From Sedimentisphaerales bacterium (GTDB lineage: Bacteria > Planctomycetota > Phycisphaerae > Sedimentisphaerales > Anaerobacaceae), in NCBI GenBank assembly GCA_963708075.1, contig OY970194.1, forward strand, positions 1,728,001 to 1,792,000: a stretch of DNA of 64,000 bases. The letters are read 5' to 3'. Below the pieces are notes generated by a model, which saw only the letters and a list, made by a program, of their open reading frames with translations, was not told the origin of the DNA and made no database searches. This document shows, in pieces, positions 1-9,546 of the stretch (position 1 is its first letter; the number at the start of each line of letters is the position of its first letter). Both the position numbers and the translations under genes were made by a program.

Positions 1-2078
1 TGGACGACATCCTGGTCTTCCACGACTGCCGGAGCGATCTTGAGCAACTGAAGCATGAAATCCGCCTGCTGCCGCTCCAGGTTGCGCAGTTCCATCGTCA
101 GTGCCTGCACGGATTGCACGCCGTTGCCGTTCTCATCTGCTTTAACAGGTGCGGGTGTGATCGGAGAATCCTCGGTCGTGCGCTCCTGGCGAATCGCGTT
201 GCGAAGCTGCGCGGCCTTGGCCCGGGCCAGACTCATGCCGAGACGCAGCGAATTGGGGTCGCTCGAGTTCAGGTGGGAGATCGCCTCTTCCGCCTCGGGG
301 ATATGTCCCCTGGCGATCAAAGCCCCGATACGCAACACCCTGCTTCTTTCCGTCTGCCCGAACCTCTCATCGAAGATGCCGACAGCGTTCAACACCATAT
401 CGTACGATCTCGCCTGGAGCAGGGTCTCCGCGTAATCCAGAAGCACATTCGGCTTCATGTCGATGATGCCGGCCCCGAGCGCCGAGCCGAGGAATTCGAT
501 GACGGCCCCGATCTCGGTCGTCCCCTTGAAGATGTTGGCAAGCGTGTAGGACAGGAGCGGGTCCCTTTCCTGCGGCGTGCTGGAAGCCTTGATCTGCTCG
601 TAGGCGGCGTAGAGACTCCGGATCGCCTTGCCGGTGTTGCCGCGGGCCAGATCGAGCATTCCCTGCCACATCACCACCTGCGGGTTCTGCCCGCTGCCGC
701 GAATCTGCTCGATCTCGTGCACCGCCGTTTCGACCTTGGTGAGCATCTCCGCACGCTGCGGCGACGATCTGTCCAAGGTCAGCATGCGCTCCACGTACCA
801 TCCGGCCAGAGACGCGCACAGGGAGAAACGGCAGGCCTGCCGGGCATACTGGCGCGGTCCCGGGACGTCCTGCGCGTCCGGCAGCGTGAGCGCTCGCTCC
901 GCAAGCTCGATCGCCCTGAGCAACGCCGCCTCGTCCCCCATAAGGGAGTACTTGCGGTAGTACAATCGTGAGGTGAATCTCGCATACAGGACGTTGTTCT
1001 TGTCCAGAGTGCCGGCCTTTTCCGCCGCATCGATCGCATGACCCAGCGCTTCCGCCGCCGCGGCGGAGCCCAGGTACGCTGAGTACACCGAGTAGAATTC
1101 CGCCGTTACGGCGGAGGCATTTGCATTTTCCGGGAACTTCTCGACGAGCCCCTGGTACTCCTGCTGCAGGGCCTGCATCTCGGTCCGTGTCGCAGCCGCC
1201 CTGCCGGTCCTTGCCACGGCGAACTTGCGCGTCACGAAGTTGATGCACGCCTGCGGGACGTTTCCGGTCGCCTTCATGCCTTCCGCCAGGATCTCATTGG
1301 CCTGCCTGGCCGCGGCCTCTTTCTGATCGAGACTGCCTCGCGACGCGACGTTCTCGCCCCGTTGCAGGATGACTCTCGCCAGATAGTAGTAAATATCAGG
1401 GCTATTGGGGTCCATTTCCCTGGCTTTCTGCAGGCTCCCTTCCGCTTGCTGGAGCAGCTCATCCGGCGACGTCACCGACCCCATGCTCGCCATCTCCAGC
1501 GCCGCCCGCCCCCGGATGAGGTGCAGGCAGGGTCCAAGGCGAGCGATGCCGCCGGCCCAGCGAGGCTCCTCCGCCTTCCCGAAGGACGGCTCCCACTGCA
1601 TCACGGGGTCATTCATCGCCCCGGCGCTTTGAGCGATCTCCATCAGCTCCGTGGTCTGCTTGAGCACCTCCTCCCAGTACTCATTCATGCTCTGGCCGAC
1701 GCTGCTGAGGCTGTCCGCCAGGATATAGGCGTACTTGAGCCGGCCGACCCGGGCCCGCAGGTTCTGCGGGTCCGCCGTGACGATCTGCTGCCAGCAGCCC
1801 AGAATGCTGCGCCAGTCCTGCGTCTGGTTGAATACGTCGGCCAGTTGGAAGTATAAACCGATCTTGTCCTGCGGCGAGCGCGTCAGGCCGATCGCACGGG
1901 AGTAGTTGCGCCGGGCCGATTCGTAGTCCCCGGCCGCCTTGGCCGCGTCGCCATCAGCGATGTACTGGGCGGGATTGCGGCTGAGCTTGAGGATGACCAC
2001 GACCGCCCCCAGCGCCAACAGCAGGAATACCGTCGAGCCAATCAGTGCGACCTTTTTGTTGAGACGTCTCCTCGCCAT
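1..2078 (-). CDS. Large TPR-repeat protein with N-terminal membrane anchor (3' end beyond window)
   Basis: ATG at 2078 reads MARRRLNKKVALIGSTVFLLLALGAVVVILK, then helical TPR-like segments (YIADGDAAKAAGDYESARRNYSRAI). The same frame is open at the window edge. Missing from the ORF track because it has no stop in the window. Confidence 0.75.
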   Translation of the reverse strand, partial: MARRRLNKKVALIGSTVFLLLALGAVVVILKLSRNPAQYIADGDAAKAAGDYESARRNYSRAIGLTRSPQDKIGLYFQLADVFNQTQDWRSILGCWQQIVTADPQNLRARVGRLKYAYILADSLSSVGQSMNEYWEEVLKQTTELMEIAQSAGAMNDPVMQWEPSFGKAEEPRWAGGIARLGPCLHLIRGRAALEMASMGSVTSPDELLQQAEGSLQKAREMDPNSPDIYYYLARVILQRGENVASRGSLDQKEAAARQANEILAEGMKATGNVPQACINFVTRKFAVARTGRAAATRTEMQALQQEYQGLVEKFPENANASAVTAEFYSVYSAYLGSAAAAEALGHAIDAAEKAGTLDKNNVLYARFTSRLYYRKYSLMGDEAALLRAIELAERALTLPDAQDVPGPRQYARQACRFSLCASLAGWYVERMLTLDRSSPQRAEMLTKVETAVHEIEQIRGSGQNPQVVMWQGMLDLARGNTGKAIRSLYAAYEQIKASSTPQERDPLLSYTLANIFKGTTEIGAVIEFLGSALGAGIIDMKPNVLLDYAETLLQARSYDMVLNAVGIFDERFGQTERSRVLRIGALIARGHIPEAEEAISHLNSSDPNSLRLGMSLARAKAAQLRNAIRQERTTEDSPITPAPVKADENGNGVQSVQALTMELRNLERQQADFMLQLLKIAPAVVEDQDVV

Positions 2079-2089
2079 TACACTTCCTT

Positions 2090-2833
2090 TCAGTCCGGCC
2101 AGTGTTCCTGCTCCAGAATGGGCAAGATCACACTCAGGAGCTTTTCGCTGGCCTCCGTGGCGGCTGCCTTTGCCGGGGCGACATACCCCTGGTTGAAAAC
2201 CAGCTCGATCTTACAGAAATACGCATGTTTGCCGAAGATGTTTTTGTTCAGGGCCATGCGGGCGTCATCCCGGCTGCCCGCGTACTCCCCGTTCACGCGA
2301 AACAGGTACAGGACCGGAAATTGGCCCCCGCCTTGCAGGACGTCGCCGGCCGAAGCCCCGAAGAGGAGATACCGCCCCGGGACACTCCGGGCGTCACCCT
2401 CTGCGCCGAGTTGGAAGGTGACCCCGTTTGTCGCGATCCGTCGATAACCGCCGCCCGTGTAGCATTCCTCCGGCACGTGCGGCACGCGATCCGGAAGCTT
2501 GTAGTACGTGATGAACAGCAACACGTTTCGTGTGGGATTGTCGCCGGGCACACGGGGGTCTTCCAGGACCCACTGGATATAGTCCTCCGTCCCGAGAGAC
2601 TTCAGTATGTCCTCATTCTCGATACTGAGCCTGGCCGCCACCCGGTACGGGGCCAGTTTCTTCTCGTCCATCGCGCTGAGCGGCTTCTTCAACGGCAGCG
2701 GCTCTTTCTTCATGTACAGGCCGAGCTGCTTCTTGGCTACCGACATCCCCGCCCCGGCCAATCCAAGCACCACCACACAGAGCAAGAACGCCGGTTGCAG
2801 GTAAGCCCTTTTGTTGTCCCCGGTCCGCTTCAT
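2090..2833 (-). CDS. Exosortase-associated EpsI-like protein
   Basis: C-terminal part of ORF 2090..3712. Start MKRTGDN overlaps the exosortase stop; one TM segment; LFITYY...VPHVPEECYTGGGY motif typical of EpsI. Confidence 0.75.
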   Translation of the reverse strand: MKRTGDNKRAYLQPAFLLCVVVLGLAGAGMSVAKKQLGLYMKKEPLPLKKPLSAMDEKKLAPYRVAARLSIENEDILKSLGTEDYIQWVLEDPRVPGDNPTRNVLLFITYYKLPDRVPHVPEECYTGGGYRRIATNGVTFQLGAEGDARSVPGRYLLFGASAGDVLQGGGQFPVLYLFRVNGEYAGSRDDARMALNKNIFGKHAYFCKIELVFNQGYVAPAKAAATEASEKLLSVILPILEQEHWPD

Positions 2834-3879
2834 CTCTCGCTCCGCCTCCTCACAATCACGTTGTCGCCGCCGGAGCCTTCGTCCTCCTCGATGAACAGGC
2901 TCGCCATGAACGTCGCGAGCAGGCCGTAGAAGGCAAAGGCGAGCGGCAGCATGGCCAGGCCGAGCATATCGTGATAAATCCCCTGCGTGTACTGGGGCTC
3001 GGCCAGGACGTAGATGAAACCCGTCACGGTCACGCGAATGACGTTGCAGAGGATCGCGATCGGCACCGTGCTCAGCAGCAGCACGATCCGCTGCCACATC
3101 GGCCGATAGTGCAGGTAGGCCATCGCCACTCCCAGAGCCAGAAAGGCCATCATCAGCCGCATACCGCTGCATGCCTCGGCCACGTCCAGCGGCGGCTCCA
3201 GCCGATGCCCCTTGTAAACGATATCGATGACAACGCCGCTGGCCGTCGCGTCCACCCCATGGAGCAGATTCAGCAACGCCGTGGCAACCGATGCGGCGAT
3301 CTGCCGCATGGGCGTGGTCAGACCCACGTAGTAGCGCCGCGGCAAAGGCACCGCGAACAGGAGAAACACAATCGGCAACCACGTATATTGGACCAGACGC
3401 CATCCGCCCAGAAACAACACGACCGCCCCGACGGCGGCGATCATCGACACCGGCCGGAAATAGGCGTATCCGGACGGACTCACCACGTTGAATACGTAGA
3501 AGGCCAGTATCGCCAGCAGGAGGAGCAGGCCCAGGTAATTCGGCCGGGTCTGATTCGCGGGCAAGCGGCCGAGCCGGCGATTTCGGAACAGTTCGGCCAG
3601 CGGGTCCCGCACGTACTCCAAGCCGAGGATTTTCCGGCGGCGCTGGTGGATGAAATACAGGCTGAACAAAGGGATGAGGAAACCGTGCGACCAACTGGGG
3701 TCCGTCAGCCACAGATGAACCAGCTCCTGCAATTCGCTACGGAACAGGAAGCCCAACAGCGCCGCGAGAATCGCGATCTTCAAGTAACTGTGCAGCCCGA
3801 GCTCACCCCATCGGCGATCCTGCAGGGATGGGTCCGTGCCATACCCCCGGGTCGGTGACGAACCAAGCGTCTGAGCCAT
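2830..3879 (-). CDS. Exosortase/archaeosortase family protein
   Basis: Multi-TM protein with WSHGFLIP, VAEACSGMR (Cys), NVIRV (Arg) and YHDMLG (His). Confidence 0.93.
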   Translation of the reverse strand: MAQTLGSSPTRGYGTDPSLQDRRWGELGLHSYLKIAILAALLGFLFRSELQELVHLWLTDPSWSHGFLIPLFSLYFIHQRRRKILGLEYVRDPLAELFRNRRLGRLPANQTRPNYLGLLLLLAILAFYVFNVVSPSGYAYFRPVSMIAAVGAVVLFLGGWRLVQYTWLPIVFLLFAVPLPRRYYVGLTTPMRQIAASVATALLNLLHGVDATASGVVIDIVYKGHRLEPPLDVAEACSGMRLMMAFLALGVAMAYLHYRPMWQRIVLLLSTVPIAILCNVIRVTVTGFIYVLAEPQYTQGIYHDMLGLAMLPLAFAFYGLLATFMASLFIEEDEGSGGDNVIVRRRSER

Positions 3880-3894
3880 ACCCCCCTGTTTTCG

Positions 3895-5898
3895 TCACAG
3901 CCAGTGAGGCAGGACGAAACCTTTCCCAAAGTCCGCGTCAGCAAAGTTCCGGTCGTACACGAAGCCGAAGCCGTAGGCTGCCCGGAAGGCGTTCCGCAGG
4001 ACAGCCCGCCAGCGCGCAGTGGGATGAGTCCCGACGTTGATCAGGTCGTGTGGCTTGATGAAGAAGTCGGGCTGCTCTCCCGCGGCGATCTTGTCCAGGT
4101 CCACCATGACGATTTCTTCTTTTTCCTTTCCGATCCGTCGAATGACCTCGACGTTCTTGGGCCACGCCAGAGGTCCGAGGCCGCCGGCGGCGGCGATGGC
4201 CATCTTCAGGGTCATCGGCCGGCCGGTAATGTTGATCACCCCACTACGATTCACATTACCCATAATAAAGAATTCGCCAATGATGTCAACCGGCACGTAC
4301 ACCGTATCGCCCGGCTTGATCACGACATTGTATCGGGGGTCGCCGGCCAACAGCTTGTCGGCGGGAATCCGGAGCACCCGGCTCTGTGCGGCTTGCTCCC
4401 ACTCGATCTCCGGCGGCAACTGCTCCCGATCAGGCGGCGGCGTCGCTGTGCGGGTCTCCAATCCAGTCGGCAGCATCGGTCCCCGGGTCTCCAGTCCGGT
4501 CGGCACCGCCGGCACGGTCTGGGGTTGCCCCTTTGGGATCTGGACCCACTGACCGTCGCGATATACCCATTCAGACTGTCCGCCCGTGCCTGTCCCGGTT
4601 TCTTGCGGCTTCGGGGAAACGTCTGCGATCGGCCGGGTCGGCACCGGCACCCACTGGCCATTGCGAAAGACCCAATCGTAGCTCTCCCCCGCTTTCAGTT
4701 CGGGCGGGGCCGCCTGCGCAGGGCTGTTGGGTTCATTGGCCAGCACGATCGGCGACTGTACCACGTCCTGCGGCCGCCGAGGTTTGTCTGCGGGCGGTTT
4801 CGGCGACCCGACGAGCTGGAAGCCGTAAGGCATCACGCTGGCCGTGACACTCTCGTCTTGCTTTTTGGCCGGCGCGGGAGTGGGAACGACTTTCGCGCTC
4901 GTCGGGAAACTGTCCTTCTTCGCAGACGGCGCGATCAAGTCGAGCATCTCCCTCTCCAGCTCGAATTTCTCCGCCGGCTCGCGGGGCTCAGGGATGTCGG
5001 CCTTGCGAGGCGGGACGACTGAAGGCTCAGGCCCTCGCGGCGTTGCAGTCACGCCCTCCAGTCTGCTCGGCCCGCTCGATTGCGGCTGAATCAATTCCAG
5101 TTCCGATCCAGGCACGGACCTGACCGTATTGCCGCCAGTGTTCATGACCGGCACAGATCTGGCTGTATTGCCTCCGGTGGCCGGAGCAGGCGCCAATCTG
5201 GTCGTATCACCTCCGGTGATCGGAGCAGGCGCAGATCTGGCCGTATCTTCGCGACTGGCGGCAGGTGCGGCTTGCGTGTCATCCTTTCGCGAGACGTACA
5301 CGTAGCTGACGTTGAACTGCATGGGGCCGCCCGACGTCGCCAATGCATCGGTCAGCCGGAAATCGTAACGGGGAATGAGGTATCGTCCGGGCCGCGACAC
5401 GCCGTTGCCCAGGATCGAGAAGGTCCGCTGCTGCGAGTCCAGCAGGATCACTGTCACCGTGGGCTCCTTCAGGATGTTCGGCGCCAGCGTCCGCTTGATC
5501 TCCTCCTCCAGTTGCGTCTCCGTCAACCCCGCCGCCTGTATGCGGCCAACCTCAGGGATGGATATCTGCCCGGTCTCGGAAACCATGAACTGGTTAACCA
5601 GCGCGACCCCTTCCTGGAACAGCTCGTAAATCGAGACTTGGACGAGGTCGCCCGGTCGTAGTGCATAGTCGCCCTTCTGCGCGACGACGTCTTTGGGCCG
5701 GGGGTCCTCCGCACTCTCCCAGGCCACCGGGGTTTCCTCCGCCACGCCCAGCGAATCCAGGATGACATTGACCGCAGGCGTAGGCCGGAAACGCCCGACC
5801 TGCGTGGGGTCAAGGACCTTGTTGGTGCATCCCCCAATACTCAGGCCGACCACAACGGCCAATACCAGATCACAGATGATGACTCGTAAGTAGCCCAT
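3895..5898 (-). CDS. Polysaccharide biosynthesis/export (Wza-like, SLBB) lipoprotein with long low-complexity insertion
   Basis: Lipobox-like IGGC; YALRPGDLVQVSI..GQISIPEVGRIQAAGLT Poly_export motif; SLBB repeats (GNGVSRPGRY, GNVNRSG..AIAAAGG). Confidence 0.88.
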   Translation of the reverse strand: MGYLRVIICDLVLAVVVGLSIGGCTNKVLDPTQVGRFRPTPAVNVILDSLGVAEETPVAWESAEDPRPKDVVAQKGDYALRPGDLVQVSIYELFQEGVALVNQFMVSETGQISIPEVGRIQAAGLTETQLEEEIKRTLAPNILKEPTVTVILLDSQQRTFSILGNGVSRPGRYLIPRYDFRLTDALATSGGPMQFNVSYVYVSRKDDTQAAPAASREDTARSAPAPITGGDTTRLAPAPATGGNTARSVPVMNTGGNTVRSVPGSELELIQPQSSGPSRLEGVTATPRGPEPSVVPPRKADIPEPREPAEKFELEREMLDLIAPSAKKDSFPTSAKVVPTPAPAKKQDESVTASVMPYGFQLVGSPKPPADKPRRPQDVVQSPIVLANEPNSPAQAAPPELKAGESYDWVFRNGQWVPVPTRPIADVSPKPQETGTGTGGQSEWVYRDGQWVQIPKGQPQTVPAVPTGLETRGPMLPTGLETRTATPPPDREQLPPEIEWEQAAQSRVLRIPADKLLAGDPRYNVVIKPGDTVYVPVDIIGEFFIMGNVNRSGVINITGRPMTLKMAIAAAGGLGPLAWPKNVEVIRRIGKEKEEIVMVDLDKIAAGEQPDFFIKPHDLINVGTHPTARWRAVLRNAFRAAYGFGFVYDRNFADADFGKGFVLPHWL
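5111..5247. repeat. 39-bp coding tandem repeat (about 3.5 copies)
   Basis: Units start at 5111, 5150, 5189 and 5228 and encode TARSAPAPITGGD / TTRLAPAPATGGN / TARSVPVMNTGGN. Confidence 0.85.
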
Positions 5899-6346
5899 TC
5901 CAGAGATTTATCGGCTCCACGCGCGCCCCGCTTAAGTTTTTGACCCCCCAGAACGCGAAGATCATAGATCACAAGTGGAATTGGCCGGCACGAGCATACC
6001 CAAGGGTGCATAGTAATCCGTGTAGGCACCCCCGTTTTCAGTACTGAAACCACCATATTCAGTCAGACAACAGACCTTCTGATACCGCCATTTGGACCTA
6101 AGAAACGCATATCCCGCCATCGCCAGTTTCACTGATCCCTTAACACCGCGACGTTTCGCTTGCCTTCGCGCCACCTGGCCCCTACAATAAGACTATGAAT
6201 TTGCAGGCTGGCCAGGGAAGGATTTCTGGTTGATGCCCTGGGGGCCGGCAATCCGCGGGTGTCATGCCGCAGTGAGATGCCATTCATAATCGTGGCATCA
6301 GGTAGCGTTCTTGTTCTCTGCAAAAACGGGTCGCGAAGGTTAGCTG

Positions 6347-6643
6347 ATGCGAATCACGGATATCATCTGGAAGGAAGCTATTGTTGAGAAGCTGAGCTAC
6401 AAGCATGGCGTGTCGATTGCAGAGGCCGAGGAAGTCCTTCGTACCAAGCCGGTGGTGCGCAAGGTGATCAAAGGACGCGTACGCGGCGAGGATGTGTACG
6501 CCGCCATGGCGCAGATCGCCGGCGGAAGGTACTTGATCGTCTTCTTCATTGACAAGAAGCGAGGCATGGCGTTGCCCATCTCGGCGCGCGACATGGACCC
6601 CGCCGAAAGGAAATACTATGCGAAGCACAAAGAGACGGGTTGA
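6347..6643 (+). CDS. brnT: BrnT family toxin
   Basis: 98 aa; IIW..EKL..KHGVS..EAEEV, GRYLIVFF, ISARDM..ERKYY are BrnT hallmarks. Confidence 0.88.
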   Translation: MRITDIIWKEAIVEKLSYKHGVSIAEAEEVLRTKPVVRKVIKGRVRGEDVYAAMAQIAGGRYLIVFFIDKKRGMALPISARDMDPAERKYYAKHKETG

Positions 6644-6887
6644 CCCGCTGCCGGACGAGTTCAAGTCACATGAGGAGGCAGCGGAATTCTGGGACACCCA
6701 CAGCATCACCGACTATGAGGAATTCCTGGAGCCTGCTGATCTTAACGTGGACATCCAGAGACGACACTTTCAGATCGAGGTGGATGAAGAGAGTTTCCTG
6801 GCTCTACGTGAGACCGCCAAAAAAGAACAGAAACCCGTCAAACAACTCGCCAGTGAAATCCTCAAGCAGAGGCTCGGCACTGGCTGA
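6618..6887 (+). CDS. CopG/BrnA-type antitoxin
   Basis: Overlaps the toxin 3' end; LPDEFKSHEEAAEFWDTHSITDY motif plus C-terminal ribbon-helix-helix-like segment. Confidence 0.85.
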   Translation: MRSTKRRVDPLPDEFKSHEEAAEFWDTHSITDYEEFLEPADLNVDIQRRHFQIEVDEESFLALRETAKKEQKPVKQLASEILKQRLGTG

Positions 6888-6966
6888 CGGCAGGAAAGAC
6901 GCATCGGATGCCGTCGCGCCTCCCGCCCAACGCGTGCTTGCCCGAGGAGCTTTTGGAGACGGCCCC

Positions 6967-7185
6967 ATGACAGACCCCATCCACGAAGAGATTCACAAGT
7001 ATCGGGAGGAGCATGCTCGCAAGTTCAACTTCGATTTGGCTGCTATCTGCAAGGACCTGAAAGAGCGATCACGTAACCTCAAGGTGGTTCGCCTACCTCC
7101 GAACAAGCTAAGCCCCAAGAAGGGAAATAAGGTATGTCGCAACACGTCCCCCTTGCCTTTCTGCTGGCTTAGCTCTACAATATGA
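6967..7185 (+). CDS. Small DPI-EE protein of the type usually encoded after PIN-domain toxins
   Basis: MTDPIHEEIHKYREEHARKFNFDLAAICKDL; GGAG upstream. Confidence 0.6.
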   Translation: MTDPIHEEIHKYREEHARKFNFDLAAICKDLKERSRNLKVVRLPPNKLSPKKGNKVCRNTSPLPFCWLSSTI

Positions 7186-7348
7186 CTATGGAATCGCAGG
7201 CTCGTGCGCTTTTTGAGACGGACAAGAAAAGGTCGAGGCTGACACCGTGTGGCCAAGAAACCGTGATTTTGCGCTACACTAACCGCGAGGCGTGTAAACG
7301 CACTTGTCACCAACGCAATATAGTCATGGGTACGGGGAGGACCGTTCT

Positions 7349-7750
7349 ATGAAGACATCAGGGTTTTGGGGACATTTCGAAGAGCCCACAGCGGAGGCTA
7401 ATTCTCATTCCAGAGCCATTTGTGGCACCCAAACCAGGCAGCGAGAAGAGCCTGACCAACGAAACACATTCGTTATTGCAGACACAAAGACCGTGACGAA
7501 CACCCGGGAAGAAGCAGATCAAGATATCCATAATGGACACCATTGTGCGATACCGATCCGTGTTGCCTCCGGTGAAACGTTCACGAAACAGCGAGAGGAG
7601 CCTGATCAAGACGAAAGCAATCAAATCCATGTGGCAGTCCCTAGGCAATCTCTTTGCCGCACTCAGACGATGACGGAAGGACGAGAGGAACCAGACCAAG
7701 ACCAAAGCAGCTACGGATACAGTCCAATCCCTGTGAACACAAAAACATGA
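7349..7750 (+). CDS. Multi-core graspetide (omega-ester RiPP) precursor peptide
   Basis: GGGGAGG RBS; leader with FWGHFEEP; four TxTxxREE(P/A)DQ(D) repeats; ATGA overlap with the ATP-grasp gene. Confidence 0.85.
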   Translation: MKTSGFWGHFEEPTAEANSHSRAICGTQTRQREEPDQRNTFVIADTKTVTNTREEADQDIHNGHHCAIPIRVASGETFTKQREEPDQDESNQIHVAVPRQSLCRTQTMTEGREEPDQDQSSYGYSPIPVNTKT

Positions 7751-8727
7751 ACATGACCGCTGAGCACGTTCTTGTCCTCACAAATTCATCTGACGTCACG
7801 TCCGACTATCTATGCTCAAGATTCGAGCAGGCACGGGTCGAATTCTCTCGATTCGACACAGACAGAGACTGCCGTGAAGCTGCGTTTCTATACCAAGCGC
7901 GAAGCCCCAGGCTCAAATGGGCTACACACTCCCTCACCGCAGATCAAGTAACAGCCGTCGTACTCAGACGACCCAAACCTGCGGAGGTTCACAGGAATAG
8001 CGACGTGTACTCCGAGAGGCATACCGCCGGAGAATGGTCAGAGGCAATAGAGGGATTCCTCGCTCATATAGACGAAACACTCTGGGTCAATCACCCAGCA
8101 AGGAATAGCGCCGCAAGCCACAAGATTGAGCAACTCAGCCGCGCGGAGAGGTACGGCTTACACGTTCCGCGGACCCTCGTAACCACCAATATTCAGGAGG
8201 CCGAGAGATTTGTCCTCTCTGAGAAGAATGGTGTCATCGTCAAGCCACTGGCCAGCGGCTTCATCGAAAGGGAAAGGCATGAACAGGATACTGTCATTTA
8301 CACGAGCCACTTCAAAGCAGAGAACATAGGCCTTCTGAAAGAGATTCAGTTCTGTCCTGTTCTATTCCAGGAAATGATTCTCAAAGCAATTGACGTTCGT
8401 GTGACGATGCTAGATGGGATCATCGTCGCAACGGGGATAAGAGCCATGGGACCAGATGGCAGGCAACGACTGGATGTCCGACGGAACAACATGTCTGACG
8501 TTGAGTACGTTCCGACCGAACCGCCGGCTGAAGTATCAGCCGCTGCTAGGTCGTTGGTGCGAAGCTATGGACTGCGCTTTGCTGCTCTTGATTTTGGCGT
8601 CGCGGAGTCCGGAGAGTGGTTCTTCTTTGAGATCAATCCTAATGGCCAGTGGGCATGGCTTGATCTTCATGGGAAGGCAGACATCGCATCGGTGTTTGTC
8701 AGACAATTGAAGGAGCCTCACCCTTGA
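7747..8727 (+). CDS. ATP-grasp RiPP macrocyclase (MvdC/MvdD-like, RimK superfamily)
   Basis: VLVLTNSSDVTSD, WVNHP..ASHKIEQL..A..GLHVPRTLVT, VIVKPL, PVLFQEMI.K..DVRV, FAALDF, FFEINPNGQWAWL. Confidence 0.92.
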   Translation: MNMTAEHVLVLTNSSDVTSDYLCSRFEQARVEFSRFDTDRDCREAAFLYQARSPRLKWATHSLTADQVTAVVLRRPKPAEVHRNSDVYSERHTAGEWSEAIEGFLAHIDETLWVNHPARNSAASHKIEQLSRAERYGLHVPRTLVTTNIQEAERFVLSEKNGVIVKPLASGFIERERHEQDTVIYTSHFKAENIGLLKEIQFCPVLFQEMILKAIDVRVTMLDGIIVATGIRAMGPDGRQRLDVRRNNMSDVEYVPTEPPAEVSAAARSLVRSYGLRFAALDFGVAESGEWFFFEINPNGQWAWLDLHGKADIASVFVRQLKEPHP

Positions 8728-9530
8728 GAATTGGCGACTTCCTATTGACGATCTGCAAGTCCTGCGAGAATGTTGGCGAAAAGGCATGCCGTGTAGCGAC
8801 TTATGCCCTTCTATTCATCCTGAACCCAGGCCATAGATATAGGGAAGTCAAGGCGCAGCGAATGGACGTAGGCGTGATACGGGACACCGATGCTCCAAGG
8901 ATCACACCTGTCAGTGCAGAAGCCGCTCGTGAGTATTTTCAGGAGGAACTCCGGAGAGGCCAAGTCGTCGATGAGAAGAATAAAGTCCTACTGACTGTCG
9001 CGGCTCTCTTGGTTGCAGCATGCGCAGCCATTGCATCCAACATTGAACCCAAATGGCCAATTCTCCTCCCACTAACCTTAACCGGGATTTCGGTCTTTCT
9101 TGTCCTAGTACACTTCGGTGTCCGATCTGTTCCTGTACCCAGCCATGAAATAACCGACCAAGAGAAACTGGCGGAGTCGTTCTCGGAATGCAGAAAGTCC
9201 CTCTCGCTGGCTACCTCCTATAGGGTAGGAGTCTATCGTGCTTCGCTGCGTGCCGCGACATTGGGCATTGTGTCGTTGCTACTTGTCTTTGCCTATTTTG
9301 CCTTCAGCAGAGCCGCATCTTCTGAGAACAAACTCATCAGGGCTGTGAAGAACGATTTGGAACTCGCAGATTGGCTACGGGGACCACAAGGCCCAGTCGG
9401 ACCGCCAGGGCCCAAGGGTGAACGAGGGCCAGAGGGCCCACAAGGTCCTATTGGACCTCAGGGGCCACAGGGATCTACTGGACCTGAAGCCTCACAAAGA
9501 TCCCTTGAGGATGGTGGCGAGGCGGGATGA
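8724..9530 (+). CDS. Membrane protein (3-4 TM) with C-terminal collagen-like Gly-X-Y repeat
   Basis: TTG start overlaps the ATP-grasp stop; hydrophobic segments; tail GPQGPVGPPGPKGERGPEGPQGPIGPQGPQGSTGPE. Confidence 0.7.
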   Translation: MRIGDFLLTICKSCENVGEKACRVATYALLFILNPGHRYREVKAQRMDVGVIRDTDAPRITPVSAEAAREYFQEELRRGQVVDEKNKVLLTVAALLVAACAAIASNIEPKWPILLPLTLTGISVFLVLVHFGVRSVPVPSHEITDQEKLAESFSECRKSLSLATSYRVGVYRASLRAATLGIVSLLLVFAYFAFSRAASSENKLIRAVKNDLELADWLRGPQGPVGPPGPKGERGPEGPQGPIGPQGPQGSTGPEASQRSLEDGGEAG

Positions 9531-9546
9531 TAACGACAGCCGTTCA

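Noticed and set aside
2834..3712. N-terminal extension of the 540-aa ORF
   Set aside because: It overlaps the exosortase in another frame; the real EpsI-like start is at 2833.
7427..7702. Spaced DNA repeats (CGAGAxGAGCCTGAxCAA) as a CRISPR array
   Set aside because: The repeats are in frame, vary at wobble positions and are unevenly spaced; no cas genes are present.
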